A DNA stretch of 64,000 bases from Octopus vulgaris. Taxonomy: Eukaryota. The stretch covers positions 7,812,001-7,876,000 of the forward strand of contig OX597830.1 of NCBI GenBank assembly GCA_951406725.2, read 5' to 3'. The notes under the pieces are model-generated. The model did no database searches. It was given only the letters and a program-made list of their open reading frames with translations, and had not been told where the DNA came from. Shown here one piece after another: positions 13,978-29,382 of the stretch (the stretch's first letter is position 1; every line of letters begins with the position of its first letter). The position numbers and the translations under genes are program-made.

Positions 13978-14250
13978 AGAAGCCATGTGGCCTAGTAGTT
14001 AGAGTAGTCCGCTTACGATCGTAAGGCCGTGAGTTCAATTCGCGGTGGCGCGTTGTGTCCTTGAGCAAGACACTTTATTTCAAGCAGCTGGAAAAAATGA
14101 GTTTTGCTTGTATTTCAATCTCTCTTAGAACTTCGATTAGGTTACGCGTGTCTGTGGAGTGCTCAGTTATTTGCCCCTTAATTTCACGAGCAGGCAGGTC
14201 CGTTGATCGAATCAACTGGAACTCTCGTCGTCGTAACCGACGAATTGCCG
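13978..14250 (+). mobile_element. tRNA-derived CORE-like SINE, head type C with tail C
   Basis: tggcctagtagttag..gagttcaatt head, gtgtccttgagcaagacac core, tail matching 30040-30156. Confidence 0.75.
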
Positions 14251-14460
14251 AATGTAGGGGAGTAATAATGGTTCCTGGTTTAGTCCAAAATCAAACTCAA
14301 TCTGCCACACCCATCCTCAAAAATGTTCTAAACAAGACCATCCCGTCTTATGGTATATTCAGGAGCACATTGTTTAAGGAAACATTATGCTACTCTTCCC
14401 GGTAAGTCTGTTACGGTTTGGTTTCTGAAGGTTAGCTTCTAATTTTAGCAGTTGAAACTA

Positions 14461-14553
<93 letters not shown>

Positions 14554-14711
14554 CAGAAAGTCTATTGGTTCTGTACCAACTTGGCTTATGAATTAAAGTT
14601 CGCGTACGCCTACAATTTTTTCTTTCATTATACTTCATTTATGTGTGTGTGCCTGCGTGAGTGCGTGTGTGTGTGTACGTACGTATGTATATATGTATGT
14701 ATGTATGTATG

Positions 14712-14867
<156 letters not shown>

Positions 14868-15240
14868 TGTCTTCTCTCGTTGAATGAAATTCAGCTGTGT
14901 GGAATTGGAACGCATTACTTTGATTCTGAGGTTAGAGCTAAAAGTCTGCCACAGGAAAATGTTTTTGCAGTGGACAAACCTCCTCTCCAGGGGAATAAGC
15001 TTCCTTTCATCCAGTTCTTTGTAGCGTAAAGTACGGGATAAAGAGCAATCGATCGAATGGATCATTCCCATTTAAGAAAGGATCAGCGAAGCATCTTTAT
15101 AATCTTGCTAACATCTATAACCCGACCGAAATTGGCCCTGGAAATAATCAAAGGAGATCAATATTTATCGACATGTACGAGCATTCATACTTCTATCGGG
15201 AGAAAGGGTATGTATGTATATATATATGTATATGTATATA

Positions 15241-15325
<85 letters not shown>

Positions 15326-15350
15326 ATATATACATGTATATATATATGTA

Positions 15351-15398
<48 letters not shown>

Positions 15399-15917
15399 TA
15401 TGTATGTGTGTGTGTATACATATATATATATATATGTAAATATATGCATGTATGTATATGTATATATACCTATATATATAAATATATGTATATATTATAT
15501 ATATATATATATATATGTACATACAATGTGTATGTACGTAAATATGTATATATATATAAATATATATGTCTGTATGTATATATATGTATATGTGTGTGTG
15601 TGTAAGCATATATATATACACACATATATATATATACATACATGTATACATACATACATGCTTACGTGTGTGCTTGTGTCTTTGACTCTGTGTGTCTGTT
15701 ATGCGTTAGCACAAGGGATGTTTTTCACAGAAGTTTATGAATGCGTTTTTATATATTTTATTTATTTGTTTGTTTTATACTTTTGATGGGGGTGGGCTGC
15801 TGGAGCGTCGATGTGCTGCCATTGTTGCGACTAGCCATTGTGTTGCTGGAACTGGTATTACGTTATGTGTTTTGGGCAAAGGCCAAACATGAGTTTTTCA
15901 TGCTTCAGATTTCCTTG

Positions 15918-16670
15918 GCACCACAACCACCACAATTATCATCACCCCAACCTCCACAACCATCATCCCCACGGCCACCAACACCATCCCCAGCAACATC
16001 ATCCCCAGCATCACTACAGCCATCACCACCACAACCACCACCATCACCTTCATCATCACCATTTCTCACCACCACCATCACAACCACCACAACAACCATC
16101 ATCACCACCACCAACACCATCCCCAGCATCACTACAGCCATCACCACCACAACCATCACCACCACAACCCTCATCACTATCACCATCATCGCCACCAGCA
16201 ACACTACATCCATCACCACCACCACCACCATCATCACCATCCCCCGCCACAAACACCATCATCACCCTCCCCACCACCAGCACCATCATCACCCTCCCCA
16301 ACCACCAGCACCACCAGCACAACCACCAGCACCACCATCACCACCACCACAACCACCACCATCACCATCACCACTGGCACCACTGCCACTATCACCATCA
16401 TCATCGCCCGCACCAACCCCATCCCAACTACCAACACCACCACAACCACCATCACCACCACTAACAGCATCATCACCATCACCCTACCACCACCATTATC
16501 GCCACCACCAACACCATCACCACACCCGCTACTACGATCACCACCGTCATCATCTCACCATCACCAACACCACCAACATCACTGCCGCCGCCACCACTAC
16601 CACTACCACTACCACCACCAACAACAACAACCACACCACCTTCACCATCAGCATCGCCACCACTACGGCT
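15918..16670. repeat. Degenerate (CAC/CAT)n low-complexity tract
   Basis: Directly visible; source of the P/T/H-rich pseudo-ORFs. Confidence 0.9.
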
Positions 16671-17089
16671 GTTGCTATTAATAGCCAAAATACCGATTTA
16701 AATCTTACTTCAAGAAGAACCTGATTTCATATTATAAGAAGGCATCCATCCATCCATTGAGTGAAGCAGTCAACCAGAAAGAGAAGAAGAAGAAGAAGAA
16801 GAAATGAAAGAAAGCAGCAGCAGCAGTAGCAGCAACAATAGCAACTAGAATAACAGCGGTTCGAACACCTGATCCAAGATGGCTGAAAACTCTAAAGAAA
16901 TCTGACGAATTAGAATATAAATGAGCGAGGGATCGATCCAGCTTTCTGGGTTGGTGAAAATAATCAAAGAAGCTGCGATTTTTCTGTTGTCTGTAAGGAA
17001 GGAAAGTTCTCTGCTCAACGCCACATCAGGCAACACCAAACGGCACCAAACCAAACACACACACACACACACATACACAGTGTATGTGG

Positions 17090-17147
<58 letters not shown>

Positions 17148-17269
17148 GAGTGTGAGTGATTATAATAACAATGGAGAAATTGAAGAATAAAAGAAGGGTA
17201 AGAGGAGGAGACGGAGGAGGATGTTGAGGAACAACAACAGCAACAAAAAGATGAATAGTAGTGGTGGTG

Positions 17270-17360
17270 GCGATGATGATGATGATGATGATGATGATGC
17301 TGATGATGATGATGATGATGATAATCATGGTGACGATGATGATGAGAATTATGATGATGG

Positions 17361-17391
<31 letters not shown>

Positions 17392-17640
17392 GATGATGAT
17401 GATGATAATGATGACGACGATGATGATGATGATGAAAAAGAAGAAAGGAAGAAAGAAAGGAAACAGAAGAAGAAGAAGAAGAAGAAGAAGAAGAAGAAGA
17501 AGAAGAAGAAGAAAAAGAAGAAGAAGAAGAAAAAGAAGCAGAAGCGGAAGAAGAAGAAGAAGAAGAAGAAGAAGAAGAAGAAGAAGAAGAAGAAGAAGAA
17601 GAAGAAGAAGAAGAAGAAGAAGAAGAAGAAGAAGAAGAAT
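17270..17640. repeat. Compound (GAT)n-(AAG)n microsatellite
   Basis: Directly visible. Confidence 0.95.
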
Positions 17641-17996
17641 GAAGAGTTTGTATGGAAATTAACAAGAAAATGGTTGCTGCCACCAGCTGTTTCAATGAAT
17701 ATTTATATATCTACAACCTTATCATTTTCTATAGCCATGGCTGGGTTCCTTTCTCTCGCTCTCTCCCCCTCTCTCTCTCTTTCTATCTATCTATCTCTTT
17801 CTTTCTTTCTATCTACCTCTCTTTCTCTCTGTCCGCAGGGTTTTAGATGTTAACAAATGTAGGAAGTTCTTGTGGGAAATTTGTTTCAAGGAGCCGAAGT
17901 ATATAGAGCAGCACCAGCATCACCAGCATCACCACCATCACGTTGAGCAACATTACCATCACCACCACAACAACTCCCATGCTGGAGCAGCTGATA

Positions 17997-18160
17997 GGTG
18001 CGGGTGTGGTTGTGTGGTAAGAAGTTTGCTTCCGAACCGCATGCTTCTGGATTCAATACCACTGCATGGCACCTTGGGCAAGTATCTTCCACTACAGCCC
18101 CGAGCCGACCAGAGCCTTGAGGATGGATTTTGCTAGATGGAAACTGTGCTGACATCCGCC
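17997..18160 (+). mobile_element. Type A SINE, degraded 5' half, followed by a (TACA)n array to ~18535
   Basis: Matches the head and core of 6768-6930. Confidence 0.8.
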
Positions 18161-18301
18161 AGACATACATACATGCATACATACATACATACATGCATAC
18201 ATACATACATACATACATACATATGTACATACGTTCATACATACATACATACATACATACATACATACATACATACATACATACATACATGCATGCATAC
18301 A

Positions 18302-18332
<31 letters not shown>

Positions 18333-18775
18333 GTACATACGTTCATACATACATACATACATACATACATACATACATACATGCATACATACATACATAC
18401 ATACATACATATGTACATACGTTCATACATACATACATATACATATACACATACATACATACATACATACATACATACATACATACATACATACATACAT
18501 ACATACATACATACATACATACATACATACATACAGGCCAGACTGTCAGTCTGTGTAAGCTTGGATTTTCAGAAGTGGAAAACAACCGATTCGCACATTA
18601 CAAATACAAGATGTAAGCAGAACAGTAACTCTATGCAAAACTTTTCTCAGGTTTAAAATGTGACATAGTTTTCGTTATCTACATTTTAATGATGGGGCTT
18701 TGTATCTTTGCTAGAAGCAAGCTCCTTCTTCAGAGGAAGAATTTAGGAGATTAAATACAAAAGAGATACACATAT

Positions 18776-19184
18776 GGGTGTGGGAGTGGGTGTGTGGTAT
18801 GTAGATTGCTAACCAACCACATGGTTCCGGGTTCAGTTCCACAGCGTGGAACCTTGGGCAAATGTCTTCTACTATAGCCTCGGACCGACCAAAGCCTTGT
18901 GAGTGGATTTGGTAGACGGAAACTGAAAGAAGCCCGTCATATATATGTATATATGTATGTATGTGTGTGTATATGTTTGTGTATCTGTGTTTGTCCCCCC
19001 AACATCGCTTGGCAACCGATGCTGGTGTGTTTACGTCCCCGTAACCTAGCGGTTCGGCAAAAAAGACCGATAGAATAAGTACTAGGCTTACAAAGAATAA
19101 TTCCCGGGGTCGATTTGCTCGACTAAAAGCGGTGCTCCAGCATGGCCACAGTCAAATGACTGAAACAAATATAAGAGTAAGAGT
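18776..19184 (+). mobile_element. Type A SINE, full length
   Basis: Colinear with 6768-7190. Confidence 0.9.
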
Positions 19185-19347
19185 ATATACCAGTCGACAA
19201 ACGAAAGAGGCATTCAACCACACATTTAGCAGAAGTTTACGCATATTGTTTAACAGCGATATGACACAGCCCCATATGAATTAAAATGTCGTAGGGTCGT
19301 AGAACGAACCTATGTCGGGACGCATCTAGAAGACACTCTCTCCTAGA

Positions 19348-19395
19348 TGCCTGACGAGGTATGTTCGTCCTACGAGCCCACGAAACTAAGTTGCA
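19348..19395 (+). ncRNA. Type-I hammerhead ribozyme motif, canonical core
   Basis: tgc-CTGACGA-g[gt..gttcgt-cct-acgagc..ac]-GAAAC-taa-GTT-gca; stems I, II and III are all pairable. Confidence 0.7.
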
Positions 19396-19878
19396 GGCAA
19401 AAGAGTAAAATTATCAGATTGAATTATGTATGTACGTATGAGTGTTTGGCTTGTGTATGTGTGTGTATGCGTGTGCATGCATATGTGTGTGTGTGTGTGT
19501 GGAATTTGGCCATTGCTGCTTTTTATTCTAATACGTTCCTCTGTAATATTGTATGTGTTGTTCGTATTGTTGGAAGGTTAAACTGCAGATAGTCATTAAA
19601 ATACTGGGGTTTTATAGACTCGGTTGAAAAAATAATGGAAAATTTATCAAGAGGAGATAAGCTATAGAGAAAAGCTTAATTCAAATTTTAAAAAGTAAAA
19701 GAAACACAGGAGATTTGAAACTGACTTTTCGGATTTTTAAAATTACCTCTAAATTGCCACCAATCTAAAAAGTACGTGCGCACACAAACTCTCACTAACA
19801 CAAAGACACATACACATAAACACACAGACATACACTTGCATACATAATATAATTGATTAGAGAGATAAATTTAAATAT

Positions 19879-19927
<49 letters not shown>

Positions 19928-19931
19928 TATA

Positions 19932-19989
<58 letters not shown>

Positions 19990-20122
19990 ATATATGTATA
20001 TATGTGTGTGTGTTCATATTTCTACGTACATACATATATTCGTATATTATATACATCTATATTCATATATACACATATATATTTCCATGAATTTGTATAT
20101 GTTTCTGTGTGTATGTATAGAC

Positions 20123-20158
<36 letters not shown>

Positions 20159-20283
20159 TTGTGTGTTTGTGTGTGTGTGTATGCGTGTGCGTGTGTGTAT
20201 GTATCTATTTATGTATGTGCTTCCATATACAGATATACATCCATGCATATATAAATGTATATGTGAACATATGTATGTGCATA

Positions 20284-20319
<36 letters not shown>

Positions 20320-20922
20320 TGTATGTATGTATGTATGTATGTATGTATGCATGTATGTATATGTATATGTATAAGATTGCGTGAGAGAGCATAAACACAT
20401 TTTCTGAACAAGAAATTTTATATATATTATCAAATGCTGTGCACGTCACATGGAAGCTATGTTGTCGCTTGGTGATAAATATAATAACTCGTACAACACT
20501 GAGATTTTTATGTCGCTTTTTGCCTTTAACCTCTTCCATATATTTTATTTCTATTTCGCATCCTTTGCAGGGATTTTGTTTTCGTTGTTTTTGTTCTTTT
20601 TTTGTCTTGTGAAAACATTGCATTACAATTTGATGTAAACCATTTTTATAACGCCAAAGGAAAAAAAAGAAATGCTTTTCTCTTATTGTCTTCTCTTTTA
20701 TATGCCCTCTCACAATCAAGTATCTAGCATACAAATACGAAATCAAGTATTGTTATTGAATAGCTAATCAAATTTCGGGATTTCAGTCTTGTCCAATCAA
20801 ATGGGAAACAAAGAAATCTGTCTGAGAACGTATTTTTGTGGTGTATACTAATACCAAAATGTAAGTGATGGAGAGGAAAAAGATGTAGTGGACTGCAACA
20901 AGAATTCATGCATATATATATA

Positions 20923-20976
<54 letters not shown>

Positions 20977-20985
20977 TGTATATTA

Positions 20986-21187
20986 TTCCTTTATTCTTTT
21001 TCAGTCATTTGACTATGGCCATGCTGGAGCACCGCTTTTAGTCGACCCTACCCCCCCCAGGACATGTTCTTTTTTATGCCTAGCCTAGTACTTATCCTAT
21101 CGGTCTCTTTTGCCGAACATGTTACGGGGATGTAAACACACCAGCATCGGTTGTCAAGCGATAGTGGAGAGACAAACACAGACACAG
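20986..21187 (-). mobile_element. Type A SINE, 3' half
   Basis: Reverse complement of 6975-7170. Confidence 0.85.
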
Positions 21188-21274
21188 AAGCATATACATA
21201 CATATATACATACACATATCTATATATCTATATCTATAACTATATATATATATGTATGTGTGTGTGTGTGTGTG

Positions 21275-21323
<49 letters not shown>

Positions 21324-21368
21324 GTGTGTATATATATGTATATATACATATAGATATATAAACACACA

Positions 21369-21511
21369 CAGGAGTGGCTGTGTGGTATGTAGCTTGCTTA
21401 CCAAACATGTTTCTAGGTTCAGTTCGACTGCGTTGCACCTTGGGCAAGTATCTTCTGCTATAGCCTCGGGCCAACCCGCAAAGCCTTGTGAGTGGATTTG
21501 GTAGACAGAAA

Positions 21512-21515
<4 letters not shown>
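21369..21515 (+). mobile_element. Type A SINE, 5' half, in opposite orientation to the adjacent 3' half
   Basis: Matches 6772-6918; bounded by (TA)n-rich tracts. Confidence 0.85.
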
Positions 21516-21578
<63 letters not shown>

Positions 21579-21590
21579 CATGTATATAGG

Positions 21591-21795
21591 AAGGCGACGA
21601 GCTGGCAGAATGGTTGGCATGCTGCGAAAGGTTTAACAGTATTTCCTCCGTCTTTATGTTCTGAAGACAAATTCTGCTTTGGTCGTCTTTGCTTTTCATC
21701 CTTTCAGAATCGATACAATAAGTACCAATTGAACACTGAGGTTGATGTAATCGCCAGCCCCAAAATTGCTGGCCTTGTGCCAAAATTTTAAACCT
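21591..21795 (+). mobile_element. Nin/Deu-domain SINE, degraded
   Basis: aggcgacgagctggcagaat head and cttttcatcctttcagaatcgat..aagtacca core. Confidence 0.8.
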
Positions 21796-21984
21796 ATGTT
21801 ATATATTTGTGTGTATATTTTTATATATTTATATAATTATATACGTATGTATGTATTTATGCACGTATATGTATGTATATATATATGGTGTGTTATGAAA
21901 ATTTTATGGAAAAGTATCTCATAGAACTCAACAAATTTGTTAGAAATGGAGAAGAGATGTTAAAATTTCAAAGAATTTAATACA

Positions 21985-23450
<1,466 letters not shown>

Positions 23451-23509
23451 CTACATTCTGGTTTCAGATAGACAGATAGATAGACAGACAGAGAGACACA
23501 CAGAGAAAC

Positions 23510-23556
<47 letters not shown>

Positions 23557-23625
23557 CAGATAGACAGACAGACAAATAGATAATAGATAGATAGATAGAG
23601 AGAGAGAGATAGATATATAGATAGG

Positions 23626-23665
<40 letters not shown>

Positions 23666-23730
23666 AGATAGATAGATAGATAGACATACAGACAGACAGA
23701 CAGACAGACAAAGAGACAGACAGACAGATG

Positions 23731-23803
<73 letters not shown>

Positions 23804-24016
23804 TAATAATAAATATTGGAATAAATCCAAACTTACAGGAAAATCAGATTTAGGATTGAATCAATTTTATAGTAAAATATTATATTATATTAAATTAGAG
23901 ATAAAACCACTGTTAGGCAAATCATACAATGAAAAACTTAACCCAATACATAAGATTATTTAATTTATATTATTTAAATATATAACAAAATTATTAAAAA
24001 AATATAATTAATATAA

Positions 24017-24080
24017 CACTACGATCGTTTCATGGCTGTTAATTTCTTTAAATTTTAGAGTTACAGTCATTCATCAGGTG
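24017..24080 (-). ncRNA. Type-I hammerhead ribozyme motif (left arm)
   Basis: Exact reverse complement of 24142-24205. Confidence 0.7.
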
Positions 24081-24141
24081 GTTTAAATATTTAACTTGGC
24101 GAGGTTTAATCGATTAAACCTCGCCAAGTTAATATTTAAAC

Positions 24142-24205
24142 CACCTGATGAATGACTGTAACTCTAAAATTTAAAGAAATTAACAGCCATGAAACGATCG
24201 TAGTG
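24142..24205 (+). ncRNA. Type-I hammerhead ribozyme motif (right arm)
   Basis: cac-CTGATGA-[atgactgt..acagccat]-GAAAC-gatc-GTA-gtg; stem III region ACGATCGT is palindromic. Confidence 0.7.
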
Positions 24206-24323
24206 TTATATTAATTATATTTTTTTAATAATTTTGTTATATATTTAAATAATATAAATTAAATAATCTTATGTATTGGCTTAATTTTTCACTGTTTGAT
24301 TTGCCTAACAGTGGTTTTATCTC

Positions 24324-24419
<96 letters not shown>

Positions 24420-26167
24420 CCTTAAGAACATAGAAGACAGCAGCTTTTAGAGAAATGCTCAATGTACAGAACGAGAGAGTCTGTAGAGCATCATGTGACT
24501 TAGCAATGTGAGGGTTGCGCAACGTGAGGGTTGCGCAACGTGAGGGTTAACAAGGCATCGAATTAGCAAAGTATAATTTAATAATTATGCATTAATAATA
24601 TTTAGTTTAATTATGTATCAATTAAATATACCATAATTAATCATCAATAATCTATATTATCGATTGTATTGGTTTCGAAGGTGACGTCAATGAGTCACCT
24701 TTATTGATGGTATGGAGATGATGATGATGGTTACCATAGTGACGGCTCTTACTGGTATCAGCGGTGTGGGGATTGTTGTGGCTGGGGAAGGTTGCAGTGT
24801 CGGTGGGGCTTGTGATTGTTTGGGTGGTAATGTTCGAGTTGGTAGCAGCAGAGGTGGTAGTGTTGCTTCGTGTGTGTGCGTGTGTGTGTGTGTGTGTGAG
24901 TGTGTGTGTGTATGTGTGTGTGTGTGAGAGAGAGAGAGAGGGAGGGATTGCTGTTTTTAGTGTTTTGGTCACAATAACACTTTTAGGGTTGATGCTGGTT
25001 TTGGAGGATATGTACATAGTGATGATGATGATGACGACGACGACGACGACGATGATGATGATGATTATGATGATGATGACGACGACGACGATGAGGAGGA
25101 TGATGATGATGATGATGATGACGACAATGATAATGATGGTGGTAGTGGTGGCGGCGGCGGCGGTGGTGGCAGTGAACGGTAGTGATGGTGGTTGTGGTGG
25201 TAGTGGTAGTGATGATGATGGTGATAATGATATTTGACGACGACAACGACGATGATGATGATGATGATGATGATGATGAGGGGGGTCGATGGCGCCGGCG
25301 TCCACGACCACAACGTCGTCGATGCTCATGGTAGTATTTATGATGACCATCATCCACACCACCACCACTATCACCTCAACCACCACCACCACAACCACCA
25401 CCACCACCATCGCCACCATCCTCACCACCACCACCAACCACCACCACCACAACCACCACCATCACCACCACTACCACCATCACCACCATCGCCACCATGC
25501 CGCCAGTATAAGACGACGAAAACCATCAAACTGATGTGTGTATGGCCGATATATGTGACGCTGTATATTATACATAGTTATTATCTTGGAAAGTTCTGCT
25601 CTTAAACTTGTCATAAAACAAAGACAGCATATCTTATAAAAACAGCAGCGACACCACACGATATTGAGGAATATCACAAAAATGGATATTATAGTATCAA
25701 AAATCACTCACGCCTCCTCCCCTCGACACCGTCCCACACTGCACACACGTTTACTGCACACAACTCTGTCAATATCTATAAAATTCTGCGTGCATACATG
25801 TATCGTTGTGTGTGTGTGTGTACATATATATATATATATAAATGTACGTATGCTTGTGTATATACCTACATACATATATGTGTATGTGCCTGTGTATATG
25901 CATACATGTGGGTGTATATGTATATATATATTTGCCTATATATATATATATGAACGTAGACATATATGTGTATATATGAACATATTTATGGAAGGATGTG
26001 TAAGTATGTGTACTATACATATATAGTTTCTGTGTTTATATACATGAATATACGCACATATCTGTAAACATTTTTATATATTCATATGCGTACGTGAGTA
26101 CACATTCATTGCCTGAATATGAGTGAAATTTTGTTTAATATGTATATGATTGTGTACCATAATGTAC

Positions 26168-26237
<70 letters not shown>

Positions 26238-26335
26238 TATATCTTTGTGTGTGTATGTTGTGTGTACGCATGTGACTCTACCGTTGTGGTGCGTGTAAGG
26301 CAGTGTCTGTGCATTTACATAAGTATGCAAATGTG

Positions 26336-26374
<39 letters not shown>

Positions 26375-27082
26375 TTACATATATATGTACAATGCATGTA
26401 TGCGTAAATGTATGTATGTGTATCTATCTGTCTGTATGTATGCATGTGTTTATGTATGTATGTATGTATGTATGTATGTATGTATGTATGTATGTATGTG
26501 TTTATGTATGTATGTATGTATGTATGTATGTGTTTATCTCTAGAGGGTTTGTGTGTGTTTGCATGTGTTTATGTCTGCAAACTTGTGAGTTTATAAATTT
26601 ACGAGAGATTTAGAGTTGGGTTTTGGACATAAAATAAAGAACGGAACGAAATATAATTGAAAGTACGTATCTGTGTGTGTGTGTGTGTGTCTGTGTGTGT
26701 ATTTGCGTATGTCTCTATACATCCAATAAACGTATGTATATGTATATATATATACACTACATATATTATATCTAGTCATACATAATATACATACATATAT
26801 TTGTATGTGTTCATTTACTATATTTAAAACACGTCAATGTTCTTTTAATTTTTGCCTTTTTTTATCATTTTTCTTTTCATATTTGTGTATGACATCCTTC
26901 CAGTTTGTTTGCAACAGTCATCTTCTCAAACCTACCATGAACGTTTCTAGACTTCCACGGTCTCATCACCAGGAAGAGGTATCGTCGGCATATGTTCGCT
27001 ACCTGTTTACAGACGACATGGCGTGGCCTATGTGATTGTTGTATACATCGCTATCACAACAGAATTGTAATTTCCACTGCTT

Positions 27083-27148
<66 letters not shown>

Positions 27149-27444
27149 AATTACTTGAGTATTCAGTAATTTGACTGTCTTTATATAAATGTTGTGTTAT
27201 GAGCATTGATTCCGCCAGTAGCCATTAATTAAACTCTACGCCGCCCAATGAAAATCAAAGCCATGGAAAAATACAGCAGAAAAACATTTAACAATACATC
27301 TATACTCTAGAGAATTTTACACAAAAAATAGACGGTTAATAATGGACGTAACGCTCGCACATTCAACAAAACGTGATGGTAAACTAAATACCCCGGCAAC
27401 ATATATTAGTCTAAACAAAAATAAACACCGAACTCTGGATGAGA

Positions 27445-27529
27445 AGCAGGCGTAGCGGTGTGGCAAGTAGCTTGCTTACCACTCGCATGGTTCCGGGTTC
27501 AGTCCCACTGCCTGGCGCCCTGAACAGTG

Positions 27530-27593
<64 letters not shown>

Positions 27594-27694
27594 TGTGTGT
27601 GTGTGTCTGTGTGTGTGTCTGTGTCTACCATCGCTTGACAACCGATGTTGTTGTGTTTACGTCTCCGTAATCTAGCGGTTCGGCAAAAGAGACA
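27445..27694 (+). mobile_element. Type A SINE, internal-deletion variant, 3' truncated
   Basis: The head joins the microsatellite after tgaacagtgtct; same variant as 30171-30521. Confidence 0.8.
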
Positions 27695-27707
27695 GACAGA
27701 TAGATAG

Positions 27708-27738
<31 letters not shown>

Positions 27739-27801
27739 GATAGATATGTGTGTAGGGTAGTAGAGGGAGGGAGAGATAGATAGATAGGTAGATAGATTGA
27801 C

Positions 27802-27859
<58 letters not shown>

Positions 27860-27861
<2 letters not shown>

Positions 27862-28220
27862 TGTGATTGCATGTCTTAAAGTGTTGAAATCCCCATATTC
27901 TGCACCCAATGAAAGCTTTGACTGTCCATCATGCTTACATCCCCTTTCTCCTGTCTGATGTGTGTTTGCATATACACACGTATTTGTGAATACGCTTCAG
28001 TATTTTTGGGGGCCGATTGTATATTTCATAGCAAGAATCGATCATGTATAAAGGACACAGTATAAAGGACTCAGTATAAAGGACTCAGTATGATTCCCGT
28101 TATACTATAAATATACTTTCTCAGACACGAGAAAAGGGATGTAAGCATGATGGACACTCAAAAGCTTTCATTGGGTGCAGAATATGGGGATTTCAGCACT
28201 TTAAGACAGGCAATCACAAT
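27860..28220. repeat. Inverted repeat with ~100-bp arms (MITE/foldback-like)
   Basis: 27860-27959 is the reverse complement of 28121-28220. The spacer contains about 3 copies of cagtataaaggac(a/t). Confidence 0.9.
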
Positions 28221-28676
28221 TTGTAACTATCTATCTATCTATCTATCTATCTATTTATCTATATGTCTGTCTCTCTATCTATCTATCTATCTATCTATCT
28301 AGTTAGCTAGCTAGCTATCTCTGTTATACTTTAAAATATTCCCGTTATACTTTAAAATATAATCGGAATGTAGAGGCAAACAATAAAAAACGCAATTCTA
28401 CGAAATAGATCATTTTCCAGGCGGTTTTTTTTTACATTTACACATTAAAACTTACCAAAGTCTTGTGGGTCATTATAAAGCTCGTTAAGCTCACGATCAC
28501 AAAACATGGATTCGATTCCTGGAACAGGCATCATGTTGTTTTCTCGACTAAACTATATCATTTCGTAGGCGGAATTTGAACTCAGAACGAAATGCCTCTA
28601 TCGGCGTGATAACGGTTCTGCTAGCTCGCTGTCCTTATTATGTACGCATTATATTATATTCTATAATAGTATAATA

Positions 28677-29088
28677 GGCGTAATAGTGGCTGTGTGGTAA
28701 GTAGCGTGCTTACGAACCACATGGTTCCGGGTTCAGTCCCACTGCGTGGCACCGTGGGCAAGTGTCTTCTACTATAGCCTCGAACTGACCAAATCCTTGT
28801 GAGTGGATTTGGTAGACGGAAACTGAAAGAAGCCCGTTGTATATATGTATATATATATGCGTGTGTGTGTTTGTGTGTCTGTGTTTGTCCCCCTAGCATT
28901 GCTTGACAACCGATGCTGGTGTGTTTATGTCCCCGTTACTTAGCGGTTCGGCCAAAGAGACCGATAGAATAAGTACTGGGCTTACAAAGAATAAGTCCCG
29001 GGGTCGAGTTGCTCGACTAAAGGCGGTGCTCCAGCACGGCCGCAGTCAAATGACTGAAATAAGTAAAAGAGTAAAGGGGTAAAAGAGT
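28677..29088 (+). mobile_element. Type A SINE, full length
   Basis: Colinear with 6768-7190. Confidence 0.9.
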
Positions 29089-29382
29089 ATATTGTATTTC
29101 CATCGAAATCGCAAAACATTTTACCAAATTTTCTCATATATCATTTACATATGATCGTTGTTTCCCTTCCTATTCCCCAAATATGGAGCACGGTTCCACC
29201 GTTGAAATTTATTAATTTCTCATTCTTCAAATCTTTTTAATGTGTTATGACTGTGTGTTTGTGGAGAGAGAGGGAGAGAGAGAAAGAGCGGGAGAGAAGG
29301 AGAGAGACAGACTGACAGACATACCGATAGCTATACACACATATATATATTTATATATAAATATGTATATACACATATGAAA

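Larger units (their letters stand above)
23898..24323. repeat. ~426-bp spacerless palindrome containing two hammerhead motifs
   Basis: Centre ATCGAT at 24109-24114; arms of 214 and 212 bp are reverse complements. Confidence 0.97.

Noticed and set aside
15741-16724. 327-aa Pro/Thr/His-rich ORF resembling a mucin or extensin
   Set aside because: Degenerate (CAC)n tract open in several frames on both strands; no domain or splice support.
17221-17853. Poly-D/poly-K ORF
   Set aside because: Compound (GAT)n(AAG)n microsatellite.
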